32,000 nucleotides of DNA from Geotalea daltonii FRC-32 (GCF_000022265.1 NC_011979.1:3480001-3512000); one strand, 5' to 3'. Counted from the first letter of the stretch, positions 15,432-24,207 are shown. Numbers and translations: made by a program. Notes: a model not told the origin generated them from the sequence alone.

Positions 15432-17354
15432 TTACCAGGACTCCCGTCCATGGCATGAGTTAGCACAGGTACGCGCCGATGGATTCCACCCGATGGTGCT
15501 GACCACATTTTTGACGCCATTGCTGTGGATTGCCGAATTTACTGTTGTGGCACTGTAACCGGTGCCATGGCAGGTGGAGCACGAACGGCTGCGATGTTTT
15601 GAATGTTTCCCGTTCGCCGGAGGAAGGGCATGGCAGCTGCCACAAACAGGCGCAGGAGCAGGCGTCGGTGCCGGAGTTATGGTTGCCAGTGCATCGGCGA
15701 TACCCTGAACCTGGCTGGAACTCAGTGAAGAGAGGGTTCCCATGCCGCCTGCATTGTTATTGATCCCGGCCTGGATTCGGACAGCTGTTGCTCCTGCCTT
15801 GCCTGAGCTTGCCAATGCACCATGACAGGCAGCGCAATTGCCGGCATAAAGGGTTGCACCATCTACCGGTGCTGGTGCTGGTGCCGGTGCAGGAGTCGGT
15901 CCAGGTGCCGGTGTTGGGGTAGGTGTTGGTGTTGGGGCGACGGCAGCAAGTACATCGACGATGGCCTGTAGTTGCGCGGTGCTCAATGGGGAAAGCGTGC
16001 CCATTCCGGCAATGTTGTTGCTGATGGCAGACTGGAGACGGGTCAGGGTCGTCCCTTTTTTGCCTGAGCTTGCCAGCACGCCATGGCAGCCGGCGCAGTT
16101 GCCGGCATAGAGCGCGGCGCCATCAATCGGTGTTGCCGGTGTCGGCACCGGCGTTGGCTCAGGTGTCGTTGGAGCCGGAGCCGGTGTGGGTGTGGATGCA
16201 GCTGTAGCAAGGGCATCGACAATAGCCTGTTTCTCCGTGACGGTCAGCGATGACAGGCTGCCCATCCCGCCTATGCCGGAATTGATGGAGGAATCAAGCC
16301 TGGTAAGCGTCATGCCCTTTTTGGTCGAGGTGGCCAGGGCGCCATGGCAGCCGGCGCAGTTACCGGCGTAAAGTGCCGGGCCATCAACAGTGGCGGGTGG
16401 CGCAGTGCCTGGCGCCGGATTTGGTGCCGGTGTTGGATTGGGAGTGCCGGACGGCGGCGATGACGGTGCAGTTGCAAGGGCCATGGCAATAGCCTGTACC
16501 TGTTCCGGTGTCAATGTTGACAGGGAACCCATACCCCCTACTTGCGCGTTAATCGCCGATTGAATGCGGGCCACCGATGCCCCTGGCTTGGACGAAGAAG
16601 TCAATGCGCCGTGGCAGGAAGCACAGTTGGCCGCATAGAGGGATGCCCCATCAATGGATGGCTGTGCCTGGCCCGGAGAAACCGCAGGGAGATTGGCGGC
16701 GGTGAATGTGCCGCTCATCATGCCGCCGATCGGAGCTGTGAATATTGTGCCCCCGGTTGCGCGGTTGCTGACGGTTACCGTTCCACCGGAAGCCTCCATT
16801 TTTACACCGTCAAGCATGGCATCCAGCCCCGTATGATTGGCGACAAAGGGACCCGAGATGGGATCGACCGTCACCCCGTAGGCATCCATAAGCGGTTTCA
16901 GTTGGGAGATCACCTGGGAGATAGACGACTGCAAGCCGCTGGAAATGCGTATCTTCGACTCTTGGCTGGAATTGTAGAGGGTCTCCGGATCGGTCACGCC
17001 GGCTGCACTGGCAACAATAAGATGGGAAAGCGGATTGATGTTGGCGGTACCGGGGGCACTTGCGAAAGAGACAAGGGATTGGGAACCATTCCATTGCGCT
17101 TTTACGATGAATGGAGCTGTAAGTCCGGAAACATTGATGACATACGAACCATCTTTGCCCGTTGGGGCCGATAATTCCCTTGGAGTTGCTGCTGAGTCTT
17201 TAAGATAGACTTGGCCGACGATTGGCAAACCTGTCGCTGCAATACCGGATACGGTTGGGGGAGCTGAACTTTGGTTCGAACCGCCACAGCCTGACAACAT
17301 CATCGTTGCGGCTGCGGTGCCGATCAGAATCAATCGCATTAATAAATGGTGCAT
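15432..17354 (-). CDS. Lipoprotein multihaem c-type cytochrome: N-terminal beta-sandwich region, four tandem monohaem cytochrome-c-like domains with Pro/Thr linkers, C-terminal CXXCH/CXXCH/CX3CH module
   Basis: Signal peptide with lipobox (MMLSGC). Four repeats of DG..LYA.NCA.CHG.L.SS.K.G.....R.Q..I....GGMG.LS.L...Q.QAI...LA, each followed by PT-rich linkers. The tail reads VCGSCHALPP...CSTCHG...CANSCHG. Confidence 0.85.
   Translation of the reverse strand: MHHLLMRLILIGTAAATMMLSGCGGSNQSSAPPTVSGIAATGLPIVGQVYLKDSAATPRELSAPTGKDGSYVINVSGLTAPFIVKAQWNGSQSLVSFASAPGTANINPLSHLIVASAAGVTDPETLYNSSQESKIRISSGLQSSISQVISQLKPLMDAYGVTVDPISGPFVANHTGLDAMLDGVKMEASGGTVTVSNRATGGTIFTAPIGGMMSGTFTAANLPAVSPGQAQPSIDGASLYAANCASCHGALTSSSKPGASVARIQSAINAQVGGMGSLSTLTPEQVQAIAMALATAPSSPPSGTPNPTPAPNPAPGTAPPATVDGPALYAGNCAGCHGALATSTKKGMTLTRLDSSINSGIGGMGSLSSLTVTEKQAIVDALATAASTPTPAPAPTTPEPTPVPTPATPIDGAALYAGNCAGCHGVLASSGKKGTTLTRLQSAISNNIAGMGTLSPLSTAQLQAIVDVLAAVAPTPTPTPTPAPGPTPAPAPAPAPVDGATLYAGNCAACHGALASSGKAGATAVRIQAGINNNAGGMGTLSSLSSSQVQGIADALATITPAPTPAPAPVCGSCHALPPANGKHSKHRSRSCSTCHGTGYSATTVNSAIHSNGVKNVVSTIGWNPSARTCANSCHGRESW
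15648..16652 (-). repeat. Four in-frame tandem coding repeats (~87-89 codons each) inside the cytochrome gene
   Basis: Repeat units start at aa 235, 324, 411 and 498 by my residue count. DNA around the haem sites of units 2 and 3 is near-identical (gccatggcagccggcgcagtt[g/a]ccggc at ~16080-16110 and ~16340-16370). Confidence 0.85.
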
Positions 17355-17596
17355 TCACTTCTCCTTTGCTGTTGTTGCTTCCTTGAAGCCGCCCTTTGGT
17401 AGTGCTTTTCCATTGCCCATTAAAGCGGCTGATATTTCTTTCTACCAGGGGATATATGTAGTCCTCCATGCCTGGTTGAATGGCCATCATTCTAATGGGG
17501 TCAAAAACCCAATGGCCCCTCGTGTCATTGGCTAATCGAATATATCGCGGTACACTTTTATCGTATGTGACGTCTATCACCGGATAAGGAGCCAGT

Positions 17597-18571
17597 ATGA
17601 AACAGTCATTAGGCAGAATCCTTTTGATTGTCGCCTTTTCATTATGGCTGTCCCCAGGGATCATCCATGCGCAAACAGCAACGGAACAGTCAGCCACCCC
17701 ACCGGTAGGGCAGCAGCTGGTGCGGGAAGGTGACTTTGCCCTCAGGCTTGCCGCGAGTCTGGACATAGTCGAGACCGACGATGAGGTGGAAGCGGAGACC
17801 AGCCTGGGAGATATGGGCATCACCCCCCGAAACGGCTGGATAGCGGACTATCCGGTGACCCCGGACATACTTGGTGAACTGCAGCAATCGGTAAAAAAGG
17901 CGGCAGAGGCGGGAAATCTGGAGATGGAAACGGAAGAAGCGCTGAATATTTTCGAAGAGACGAAAAAAGAGGTGGGGCTGAACGTAAAACCCCAGACGGC
18001 GAAGAAAAAAGGAGAGAAAATACCGGAAAAGGCACCGGAATATCCGGATGCAGCGGAGATCGACAACTACTATGAAAGCGAGGGGCCGCCCATCGTCACC
18101 TACTACGCGCCTCCCCCCGATTATTATTATCTCTACAGCTGGGTCCCCTACCCCTTCTTTACCTTCGGCTTCGGTTTTCCGGGGTTCTTCGTCCTCCACG
18201 ACTTCCACCGGCCGTTCAGGGTGCACAACCGGGTCCGCTTCATCTCCAATCACTTCAACGACCCAAGGCGCCATCGGGTCTACCGGGTCGATCCGGGAGC
18301 CCGGTTCAACGGGCGAACCTACGCCGGCATCGGCGTGCGGAGCAGGACGCGAAGCTTCATTCCCACCGGTGTTCCCAGTGGGGAGCGGAGGATCTTCAAT
18401 CGTCCCGGTTCAGTGCCCATTCCGGGCAGGTCCTACACGCCGGCAGTTCCTCGCGGTGGGGGCATGAGAGCTCCAGCGGGCATCGGGGGCACCCCGAGGA
18501 TGCCGTCAGGGGGAGGCATGGCGCCGGCACCATCCGGAGGGAGCAGAGTGCCGGGCGGCCGGACAAGATAG
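17597..18571 (+). CDS. Secreted hypothetical protein with aromatic-rich core and Arg/Gly/Pro-rich low-complexity tail
   Basis: AAGGAG SD 5 nt before the ATG. Signal peptide LLIVAFSLWLSPGIIHA/Q. The overlapping minus-strand ORFs lack such signals. Confidence 0.6.
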   Translation: MKQSLGRILLIVAFSLWLSPGIIHAQTATEQSATPPVGQQLVREGDFALRLAASLDIVETDDEVEAETSLGDMGITPRNGWIADYPVTPDILGELQQSVKKAAEAGNLEMETEEALNIFEETKKEVGLNVKPQTAKKKGEKIPEKAPEYPDAAEIDNYYESEGPPIVTYYAPPPDYYYLYSWVPYPFFTFGFGFPGFFVLHDFHRPFRVHNRVRFISNHFNDPRRHRVYRVDPGARFNGRTYAGIGVRSRTRSFIPTGVPSGERRIFNRPGSVPIPGRSYTPAVPRGGGMRAPAGIGGTPRMPSGGGMAPAPSGGSRVPGGRTR

Positions 18572-18585
18572 AAGGGGACGAACCT

Positions 18586-19263
18586 TTACCTGCATCGCGC
18601 CTGGGTATACAGGTCTTCGGGGCTCGCCTTGTCAATGACCACCTGATACCCGTTTGCAGCTTTGGTTACCAGCACCCCGTAATCCTTCCATTCCAGTGCC
18701 GCGGCTTTCCGCGCCGCTTCATACCAGACCCGGTCCAGGGACTGAACAACGCCGACCCTTGAGGGGTCCGAAGGCAGAGTCTCCCGCCTCACCCTGACCA
18801 TATGCACATGGAGCTGGTCCTGGCTTCTGTCCAGTTTGGGATTGACCACCAGGGCGATCTCCCCTTCATTTAACCGCTTCAGAGCAGTATCCCAGGCAAA
18901 TTGCCAAATGCCGTCGGGTCGCAGGGGGTCCTCCCCCCCTGTCACCCGGCTGCGGGGGATGACCAGCCCATGAACGAAGTCTTCCGGGCAATCGCACATC
19001 TTCCGGTCGCGGATCGCCGCGAATTCCTTCGATTCGGCCCAGACCTGAAGTGTGTTGCGGCAAGTACGGCAGTCGATCTCCACCCGTGGTGAGTTGCATT
19101 TGGAGCAATAATCCTTGTCGCTGGTGTCGATGCAGGTGGAGATGGTATCCCAAAGGATATTCCTGTCGGCGCCGAGGCACTGCGCAACGGATAGCAGGAG
19201 AAAGGCCGGCAGCAGGGCCGCGATTATAGATTTACGTCCGGTGGAGATGTGACGAATCCGCAT
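18586..19263 (-). CDS. CDP-diacylglycerol pyrophosphatase (Cdh)-like HIT-fold protein, secreted/anchored
   Basis: Signal peptide (IIAALLPAFLLLSVAQC). ALVVNPKLDRSQDQLHVHMVRV resembles the INS..GR.Q...HIHI motif of Cdh as I remember it. There is a Cys-rich N-terminal half. Confidence 0.5.
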   Translation of the reverse strand: MRIRHISTGRKSIIAALLPAFLLLSVAQCLGADRNILWDTISTCIDTSDKDYCSKCNSPRVEIDCRTCRNTLQVWAESKEFAAIRDRKMCDCPEDFVHGLVIPRSRVTGGEDPLRPDGIWQFAWDTALKRLNEGEIALVVNPKLDRSQDQLHVHMVRVRRETLPSDPSRVGVVQSLDRVWYEAARKAAALEWKDYGVLVTKAANGYQVVIDKASPEDLYTQARCR

Positions 19264-19303
19264 GGTCTTTCCTGGGTCCTTCCGCGAAAGCCGCTACCAC
19301 GGC

Positions 19304-19966
19304 TCAGACTATGATGGTGGGGGTGCCGGGTTTTACCCGGTCGTACTGCTGAACGAAGATGAGCTGCCCAAGGGGGGCCGTAAAGATGATACCGATGAAC
19401 AAAGCCAAAGCGCCGGCGAAGAATATCACGTTCCCCACCAGATATGCCTGCAGCCAGTTGGCAAAATCAGCCTGGATTGTTTCGCAACACCATTTGTAAG
19501 CATCGGTGATATTTGCCCCCTTATCGATGATCAGGAAAGCACCCGGGAAAACGACGAACCCCAAGGCAATGGAAGCAATGTTGCCGAAGAAGGGCACGAC
19601 GTTCAGGACCAGGCCAACGATGACATTGATGAGGATGAAGAGAAAAAGGTTGGGAAAGCAGTCCCAGGCATTGAAAAGGTCCCCCACCTGGGCCGTCCCC
19701 TCTCCCCGCGACACCTTGATGACCGACCGCACATACCCGGCGATGAAGCCGATGTTGGCGATGGGTATCCAGACCACCAGCAGGAAAACCAGCGTCAACA
19801 GAACCAGGTCCGCCAGGTTCCCCTTCCAGATCCGCACCGCATTTTCAAACATGACGCCGAAGTCCCCCTGTCCGGCCGAACGCGGCGGGAATCCCACCAT
19901 TGAGCCGCAATGCTTGCACTTGACGGCGCCGTCGAGGATTTCTTCTTTGCAGTAGGGGCATTGCAT
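19304..19966 (-). CDS. Zinc-ribbon domain membrane protein (DUF975-like polytopic C-terminus)
   Basis: MQCPYCKEEILDGAVKCKHCGS has two CxxC pairs, followed by 4-5 hydrophobic helices. The ATG at 19966 is preceded by AAAGGAG; the track ORF starts at 19993. Confidence 0.7.
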   Translation of the reverse strand: MQCPYCKEEILDGAVKCKHCGSMVGFPPRSAGQGDFGVMFENAVRIWKGNLADLVLLTLVFLLVVWIPIANIGFIAGYVRSVIKVSRGEGTAQVGDLFNAWDCFPNLFLFILINVIVGLVLNVVPFFGNIASIALGFVVFPGAFLIIDKGANITDAYKWCCETIQADFANWLQAYLVGNVIFFAGALALFIGIIFTAPLGQLIFVQQYDRVKPGTPTIIV

Positions 19967-20029
19967 GTATTGACTCCTTTCAATAAGAATCATTTTGGCT
20001 TCTATTGCAGCAACCTTGGTGTGTGATGG

Positions 20030-20521
20030 TCAGGGGTTCCCGTTTATGGCAGCCATAACCGCCTGAGGATTATAACCATTGATTACCCTGGTACCAATCC
20101 TTGTGACCGGTACGCCCCGCCCTCCCAGTTGACGAAAGGTGCGTGCCGCCTCATTGTCTTGCTCTATATCCCGCACTTTATACGGTATGCCTTTCTCATT
20201 GAGGAAACGCAGCATTTTGCGGCAATAACCACAGCTGGAAGTGACAAACACTTCAACTCCGCTGCTGACTGCCTGCTTTGCCTGAGGTTGCACAGAATCA
20301 GATTCCTGGCTTTTTCCCTTTAAAGCCGGCGGTGTCTCCATGATCGATATTTCCGCTGCCGGTTTCTGATTCACCAGCTGTTTGCGGTACTTTTTCGGCA
20401 CCTTTGCAATGTCGTCAACGAAATGAAGTTGCCCCTGATTGTCCGTATAACGGTAGACCTCGGCTGACGCCGGGCCGGCAACAAAACTCAGAAGAATAAA
20501 AACAACAAGTAATTTCACCAT
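20030..20521 (-). CDS. Periplasmic glutaredoxin-like protein with DUF4124-like N-terminal domain
   Basis: Signal peptide (..FVAGPASA/E), then YRYTDNQGQLHFVDD. The C-terminal thioredoxin fold has CGYC, with GVPVTRIG in the cis-Pro region. Confidence 0.75.
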   Translation of the reverse strand: MVKLLVVFILLSFVAGPASAEVYRYTDNQGQLHFVDDIAKVPKKYRKQLVNQKPAAEISIMETPPALKGKSQESDSVQPQAKQAVSSGVEVFVTSSCGYCRKMLRFLNEKGIPYKVRDIEQDNEAARTFRQLGGRGVPVTRIGTRVINGYNPQAVMAAINGNP

Positions 20522-20533
20522 TCCCTCCGATAA

Positions 20534-23512
20534 TCAATTGCCTTTATCTTCTGACAAGTCTATCACCTGATCCGTTATTTCAGTGAATGAAACATCATGG
20601 CTGATGAGGAAGAGTTGATCATACCAATGCTCCGTCACCTCTTCCTTGCCGTGATCTATAGCCCGAAAAGCCTGAGCGAGATTTGAGCGTCGGGAGGCAT
20701 CCAGATTGGAAGTGGGCTCATCGAAGAAGGCAACGCGGGCGCCGATGGTCTGCAACAGGGCCAGGCGCAGGGCGACAACAGCACTCATCACCTGCCCACC
20801 TGAGAGCTGGTCGTCCGAGCGTTCGCGAATCGCTCCATCAGACATGTCTCTTAGCACAATCTGGTAATTATCTCCCCAATAAAGTTCTTCATCAGCCTCG
20901 GCAATAGTCCGATAAATGCTGTCGGCGCGCAGGCTGATCTCCTCGCGGAAGCGCTCGGAAAGCTGCGCCGAGACATTTTTAAAGACCTTGTTGCGGAGGA
21001 ATTTTACCAGTTCCTCTTTCTTTTTTAGTGCCTGCACTTCGCTCTGCTTCGATTTGATTTCCCCCTGGATCCTTTCCAGTTCAGCAATTTCGGCAGTGAT
21101 ACGCTTCAGATTCTGGGACAGGTTGTTCAAGCTCTCGCGAAGGGCTGCTTCCCCTGTCTGCAGTGCCTCTTTATTCTTCATCGTTTCAGCATGTGCTTCA
21201 GCGGAATATGCGCCTTCAAGCTCTCCGAGCTTTGCCTGCTTGGCTGTCTTATCCTTCTCCAGGTCCTCCAGGCGCTTTACATATTTCGCAAGAGTCTCCT
21301 GCCGCTTCGGCAAATCAAGCGCCAGCGGTTCAGCCTGGAGGAAACGCTCATGATCGGGCTGAGTCAGCTTTTTCACATTTTCATTTTCGGTGATAGACGC
21401 TTCCACATGGGCATATTGGGCAAAGGCGGCTAGTTGACCCTGTTTCTCTTTATCCGCCGCTGTAGCTGTCTCACGATGGGTTGCTGCAGCTTGTCTTCTA
21501 CCGGTGATTCGTTTCTCGGTCTCAGAGAACTCCAGCCGACGCCTTTCCATCTCTTCCGATGCTGCATCCATCCGTGCCTTTTCAGCCTTGATAGCCGTCA
21601 TTGGCTCATCCAGAGCCGTCTGCATCTTGCCCAGAATCAGGCCGACCATTTCGACAAGATCATGGCAGCCCTGCTCCCAATGCTTAAGAGCCGCAAGCTG
21701 CTCGTTGGGAGGTCCTGTAAACTCTGCGGCAATAAGACGCTCTCCCTCTTTGCGGCACTGCTCCACACCATGGCTGTCCATCCAGTGTTCAAAGGTCGCG
21801 ATCACTGATGTAACATCCAGCAGCTTTACATGCTCAATTCGCTCCTTATCACGTTCGAGCCGCTCCTTTTCAAGGTTCGCGATCTCGTTCCGCAGCAGGC
21901 GAAACTTTTCCATCTCCTTACCGGCGGCCTCTGCCTCCGCTATTTTCTTGTCCATTGTGGCAATTGTCCGGGCATGTCCTTCAATCAGCGCATCAAGTTG
22001 CCGCTTCTTGGTGCCGAAGACCTCAAGAGAAGCCTTCCCCCCAAGGTTGCCGCACTGCTCCTGAAAGAAAGGGCACAAGCCCTCTGCCAGCTTTTGCTCC
22101 CCTTCGATAATACCGACTCTGGTGCCTTCCAACTTCGCCTTCTCAGCCTGCGCCGCCTCCCGCTCTTTGCGCAAGTGATCCAGGGTCGCTGCCTTCTCCT
22201 TCCAGTCTTTCTCAGCGAGGAGAAGTGCATTTTTCTGATGGACCAGGTTGTCGATCTCATTCAGTTTCTCTAGGGTAACTTTGAGGTAAGGTGAGATGCT
22301 TGGAACCTGATGAAGGGAAAGTTCACGAAAACCGGCCTCGACTTCCCGCTGACGATCAATGGCCTCTTGCTGCATCTTCTCCTTTTCCAGCAATGCAGAA
22401 GATGCCTGTTTGAGCACTTCTTCCTGCTTATCAAGAACCGCTATCCCCTCTTTCAGGGCTTTTTCCTGGGCAACGGCTTCCTTCTCCTCATGATCGGCCG
22501 CCTGGAGCGCCGATGCCTGCCTGTTTCCCAGCTCGGCTATTTCCTTCTCAAGCGCCAGTTTCGCCTTCTCCCGCTCTCGCAGCTCAGCAAGCTGCTTCTC
22601 AGCCGTCTCGAAGCGCTCTTTTCCGGGCCTGGCCTCCTCCGCTGCCCTTGCCGCGCTAATTGCCTGTTCCACCAGAGCCTTCTGGTTGGTTATATGCTCA
22701 TTGCCGGAAGTAATACTTTGTAGCACCTGAGCCAATTCGCTCCGTAGTGCCTCAAGGCCGTTTTTCTGCTCTTCCATTTTCTGCAGATGCCCATTGACCA
22801 AGGCCAGAGCCGCAGTTGTACTCTCCAATTCAGCGATTTTACTGGCCTGCTCCTCATTCAGGCCGGCAAGCTCCTTCTGCCGCTCAGGTAACACGGCAAC
22901 ACGTTCTTCTTTGCCGGCAATCTCAGCCTCCAAGGTGCCGATCTTTGCCTTGATGATGGTGCCGAGTTCCTTGGTCCCATCGAAGGTCTTCCGCCAGGAA
23001 TCGATCCCCAGGATCTCGTCGAATGCCTCCTTCCGCTTGCTTTGCTGCTTCAGGACAAACGGCCCGAGAAACTCATTCTGAAACGGCCCGATCACCAGCT
23101 TGAACTGCTCCGCCAGCGACCGGCCGGCAGCAAGTCCCAGCAGTTCCTTGATCCGTGCCTCAGTCTCCTCGATATTTGCGTGGTCCTCGATTTCAAAGCC
23201 ACCACCGGTTTCCTTGGCAAGCCTCCAGTTGGCAGGGGTACCCACTGTGCGGCTGACCCGGTAAGTCTCGCCATCATCGGCGGTGAAGACGACCGCTATT
23301 TCTCCCCGTTTGGCGCCAATGGTAAGGAAACGGTCAACATTGGAAACGAAGTCGCGAGCATCAACACCGAACATGGCATAGCCGATCGCTTCGAAGATGG
23401 TGCTCTTGCCGATGCCGTTAGGGCCGGAAAGGACGTTGATTCCCGGTGAGAAGTGTATCTCGCTGTCGCGGTGGGATTTTATGTTTTTCAGATGAATGGA
23501 AAGTATTTGCAT
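20534..23512 (-). CDS. sbcC: SbcC/Rad50-family SMC-like ATPase
   Basis: Walker A GPNGIGKST at the N-terminus. About 700 aa of Glu/Lys/Leu/Ala coiled coil with a mid-point Cys pair (LCPFFQEQC). C-terminal signature LSGGQ and Walker B VAFFDEPTSNLD. Confidence 0.9.
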   Translation of the reverse strand: MQILSIHLKNIKSHRDSEIHFSPGINVLSGPNGIGKSTIFEAIGYAMFGVDARDFVSNVDRFLTIGAKRGEIAVVFTADDGETYRVSRTVGTPANWRLAKETGGGFEIEDHANIEETEARIKELLGLAAGRSLAEQFKLVIGPFQNEFLGPFVLKQQSKRKEAFDEILGIDSWRKTFDGTKELGTIIKAKIGTLEAEIAGKEERVAVLPERQKELAGLNEEQASKIAELESTTAALALVNGHLQKMEEQKNGLEALRSELAQVLQSITSGNEHITNQKALVEQAISAARAAEEARPGKERFETAEKQLAELREREKAKLALEKEIAELGNRQASALQAADHEEKEAVAQEKALKEGIAVLDKQEEVLKQASSALLEKEKMQQEAIDRQREVEAGFRELSLHQVPSISPYLKVTLEKLNEIDNLVHQKNALLLAEKDWKEKAATLDHLRKEREAAQAEKAKLEGTRVGIIEGEQKLAEGLCPFFQEQCGNLGGKASLEVFGTKKRQLDALIEGHARTIATMDKKIAEAEAAGKEMEKFRLLRNEIANLEKERLERDKERIEHVKLLDVTSVIATFEHWMDSHGVEQCRKEGERLIAAEFTGPPNEQLAALKHWEQGCHDLVEMVGLILGKMQTALDEPMTAIKAEKARMDAASEEMERRRLEFSETEKRITGRRQAAATHRETATAADKEKQGQLAAFAQYAHVEASITENENVKKLTQPDHERFLQAEPLALDLPKRQETLAKYVKRLEDLEKDKTAKQAKLGELEGAYSAEAHAETMKNKEALQTGEAALRESLNNLSQNLKRITAEIAELERIQGEIKSKQSEVQALKKKEELVKFLRNKVFKNVSAQLSERFREEISLRADSIYRTIAEADEELYWGDNYQIVLRDMSDGAIRERSDDQLSGGQVMSAVVALRLALLQTIGARVAFFDEPTSNLDASRRSNLAQAFRAIDHGKEEVTEHWYDQLFLISHDVSFTEITDQVIDLSEDKGN

Positions 23513-23520
23513 TCTTGAAC

Positions 23521-23668
23521 CTGTTTCACCACGAAGGCACGAAGAAAACCTAATTTTTTGGCAGCCCTAGAACGCACGTCTTGAGTTAAAACATCATCCT
23601 GGGGTTTAAGAAGATCGCTTCAGTTCTTCAGCAGTTCTTCGTGCCCTTCGTGTCTTCGTGGTAATAAT
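23521..23668 (-). repeat. Hairpin repeat unit A (CACGAAG-type arms), between the GxxExxY gene and the sbcC start
   Basis: The left arm CACCACGAAGGCACGAAGAA (23527-23546) is the reverse complement of the right arm TTCTTCGTGCC[CTTCGTGT]CTTCGTGGT (23635-23662). The arms are ~88 nt apart. Architecture and end sequences match unit B. Confidence 0.75.
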
Positions 23669-23689
23669 TTTTTCGATCTATCATCAGAA

Positions 23690-24061
23690 TCAAAGCACGA
23701 ATCTTTTTATTCCATCCTTGAGAAGTACCGCATTGAAGTCAATAAGAAGACCAGTTTTCAGACCTGAGAGTTTCAGATATGTGAGAAGTTGTGCTTCATG
23801 GATCGGCATAAGTTTTTCAACGCATTTCAACTCAAGCAGGATTTCCCCGCCAGCAACAATGTCAATCCTATACCCACAGTCCAAATGCTTGCCTTTGTAC
23901 GTTACAGGCAAAGGCTTCTGGCGCTCAAACTGTATTTGCCGTAGTTGCATTTCATGGCAAAGGCATTCTTCATACGCTGATTCCAGCAGCCCCGGTCCCA
24001 GGTTGCGATGAACCTCAATCGCTGCAGCAATAACTTGAGCAGACATAAATTCAAAGTTCAT
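23690..24061 (-). CDS. GxxExxY protein (PD-(D/E)XK-superfamily small protein, TIGR04256-like)
   Basis: 123 aa. The hallmark GLLESAYE (GxxExxY) is near the N-terminus, followed by YRIDIVAGGEILLELK (D...ExK-like). Size and layout are typical of the family. Confidence 0.8.
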   Translation of the reverse strand: MNFEFMSAQVIAAAIEVHRNLGPGLLESAYEECLCHEMQLRQIQFERQKPLPVTYKGKHLDCGYRIDIVAGGEILLELKCVEKLMPIHEAQLLTYLKLSGLKTGLLIDFNAVLLKDGIKRFVL

Positions 24062-24080
24062 AGGTTTCCCCTGGCTGACT

Positions 24081-24207
24081 CTGTTTTTTCACCACGAAGG
24101 CACGAAGAGAAGCCAATACGGCTTGAGTTCCTTCAATTTATAACGGCTTTGAACGGATTGTTCTCTTCAGTTGGTTTCTTCGTGTCCTTCGTGTCTTCGT
24201 GGTAATT
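24081..24207 (-). repeat. Hairpin repeat unit B (CACGAAG-type arms), overlapping the 3' end of sbcD
   Basis: Left arm CACCACGAAGGCACGAAGAG (24090-24109) and right arm TTTCTTCGTGTCCTTCGTGTCTTCGTGGTAA (24175-24205). It is a direct copy of the unit A architecture: both begin ctgtt(t)ttcaccacgaaggcacgaaga and end cttcgtgtcttcgtggtaat. Confidence 0.75.

Noticed and set aside
15648-16652. Regularly spaced ~265-bp repeats with GC-rich PT-encoding spacers; briefly considered as a CRISPR-like or non-coding tandem array.
   Set aside because: The period is far too long for CRISPR. The repeats are in-frame within one 640-aa ORF and encode haem-binding domains.
17274-17283. GGTTCGAACC, resembling a tRNA T-loop.
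   Set aside because: It lies inside the cytochrome CDS (signal-peptide region). No complementary acceptor stem or anticodon arm can be drawn in the flanks.
17200-18274. Minus-strand ORFs 17200..17823 (207 aa) and 17690..18274 (194 aa).
   Set aside because: The first overlaps the cytochrome N-terminus and the divergent promoter region. The second is antisense to the secreted-protein gene, which has an AAGGAG SD and a signal peptide. Neither has start signals.
20683-23449. A series of plus-strand ORFs (e.g. 20916..21353, 21504..22064, 22310..22723) with Ser/Leu/Arg/Phe-rich products.
   Set aside because: This is the typical antisense image of a Glu/Lys/Leu/Ala coiled-coil gene (sbcC). There are no SDs and no motifs.
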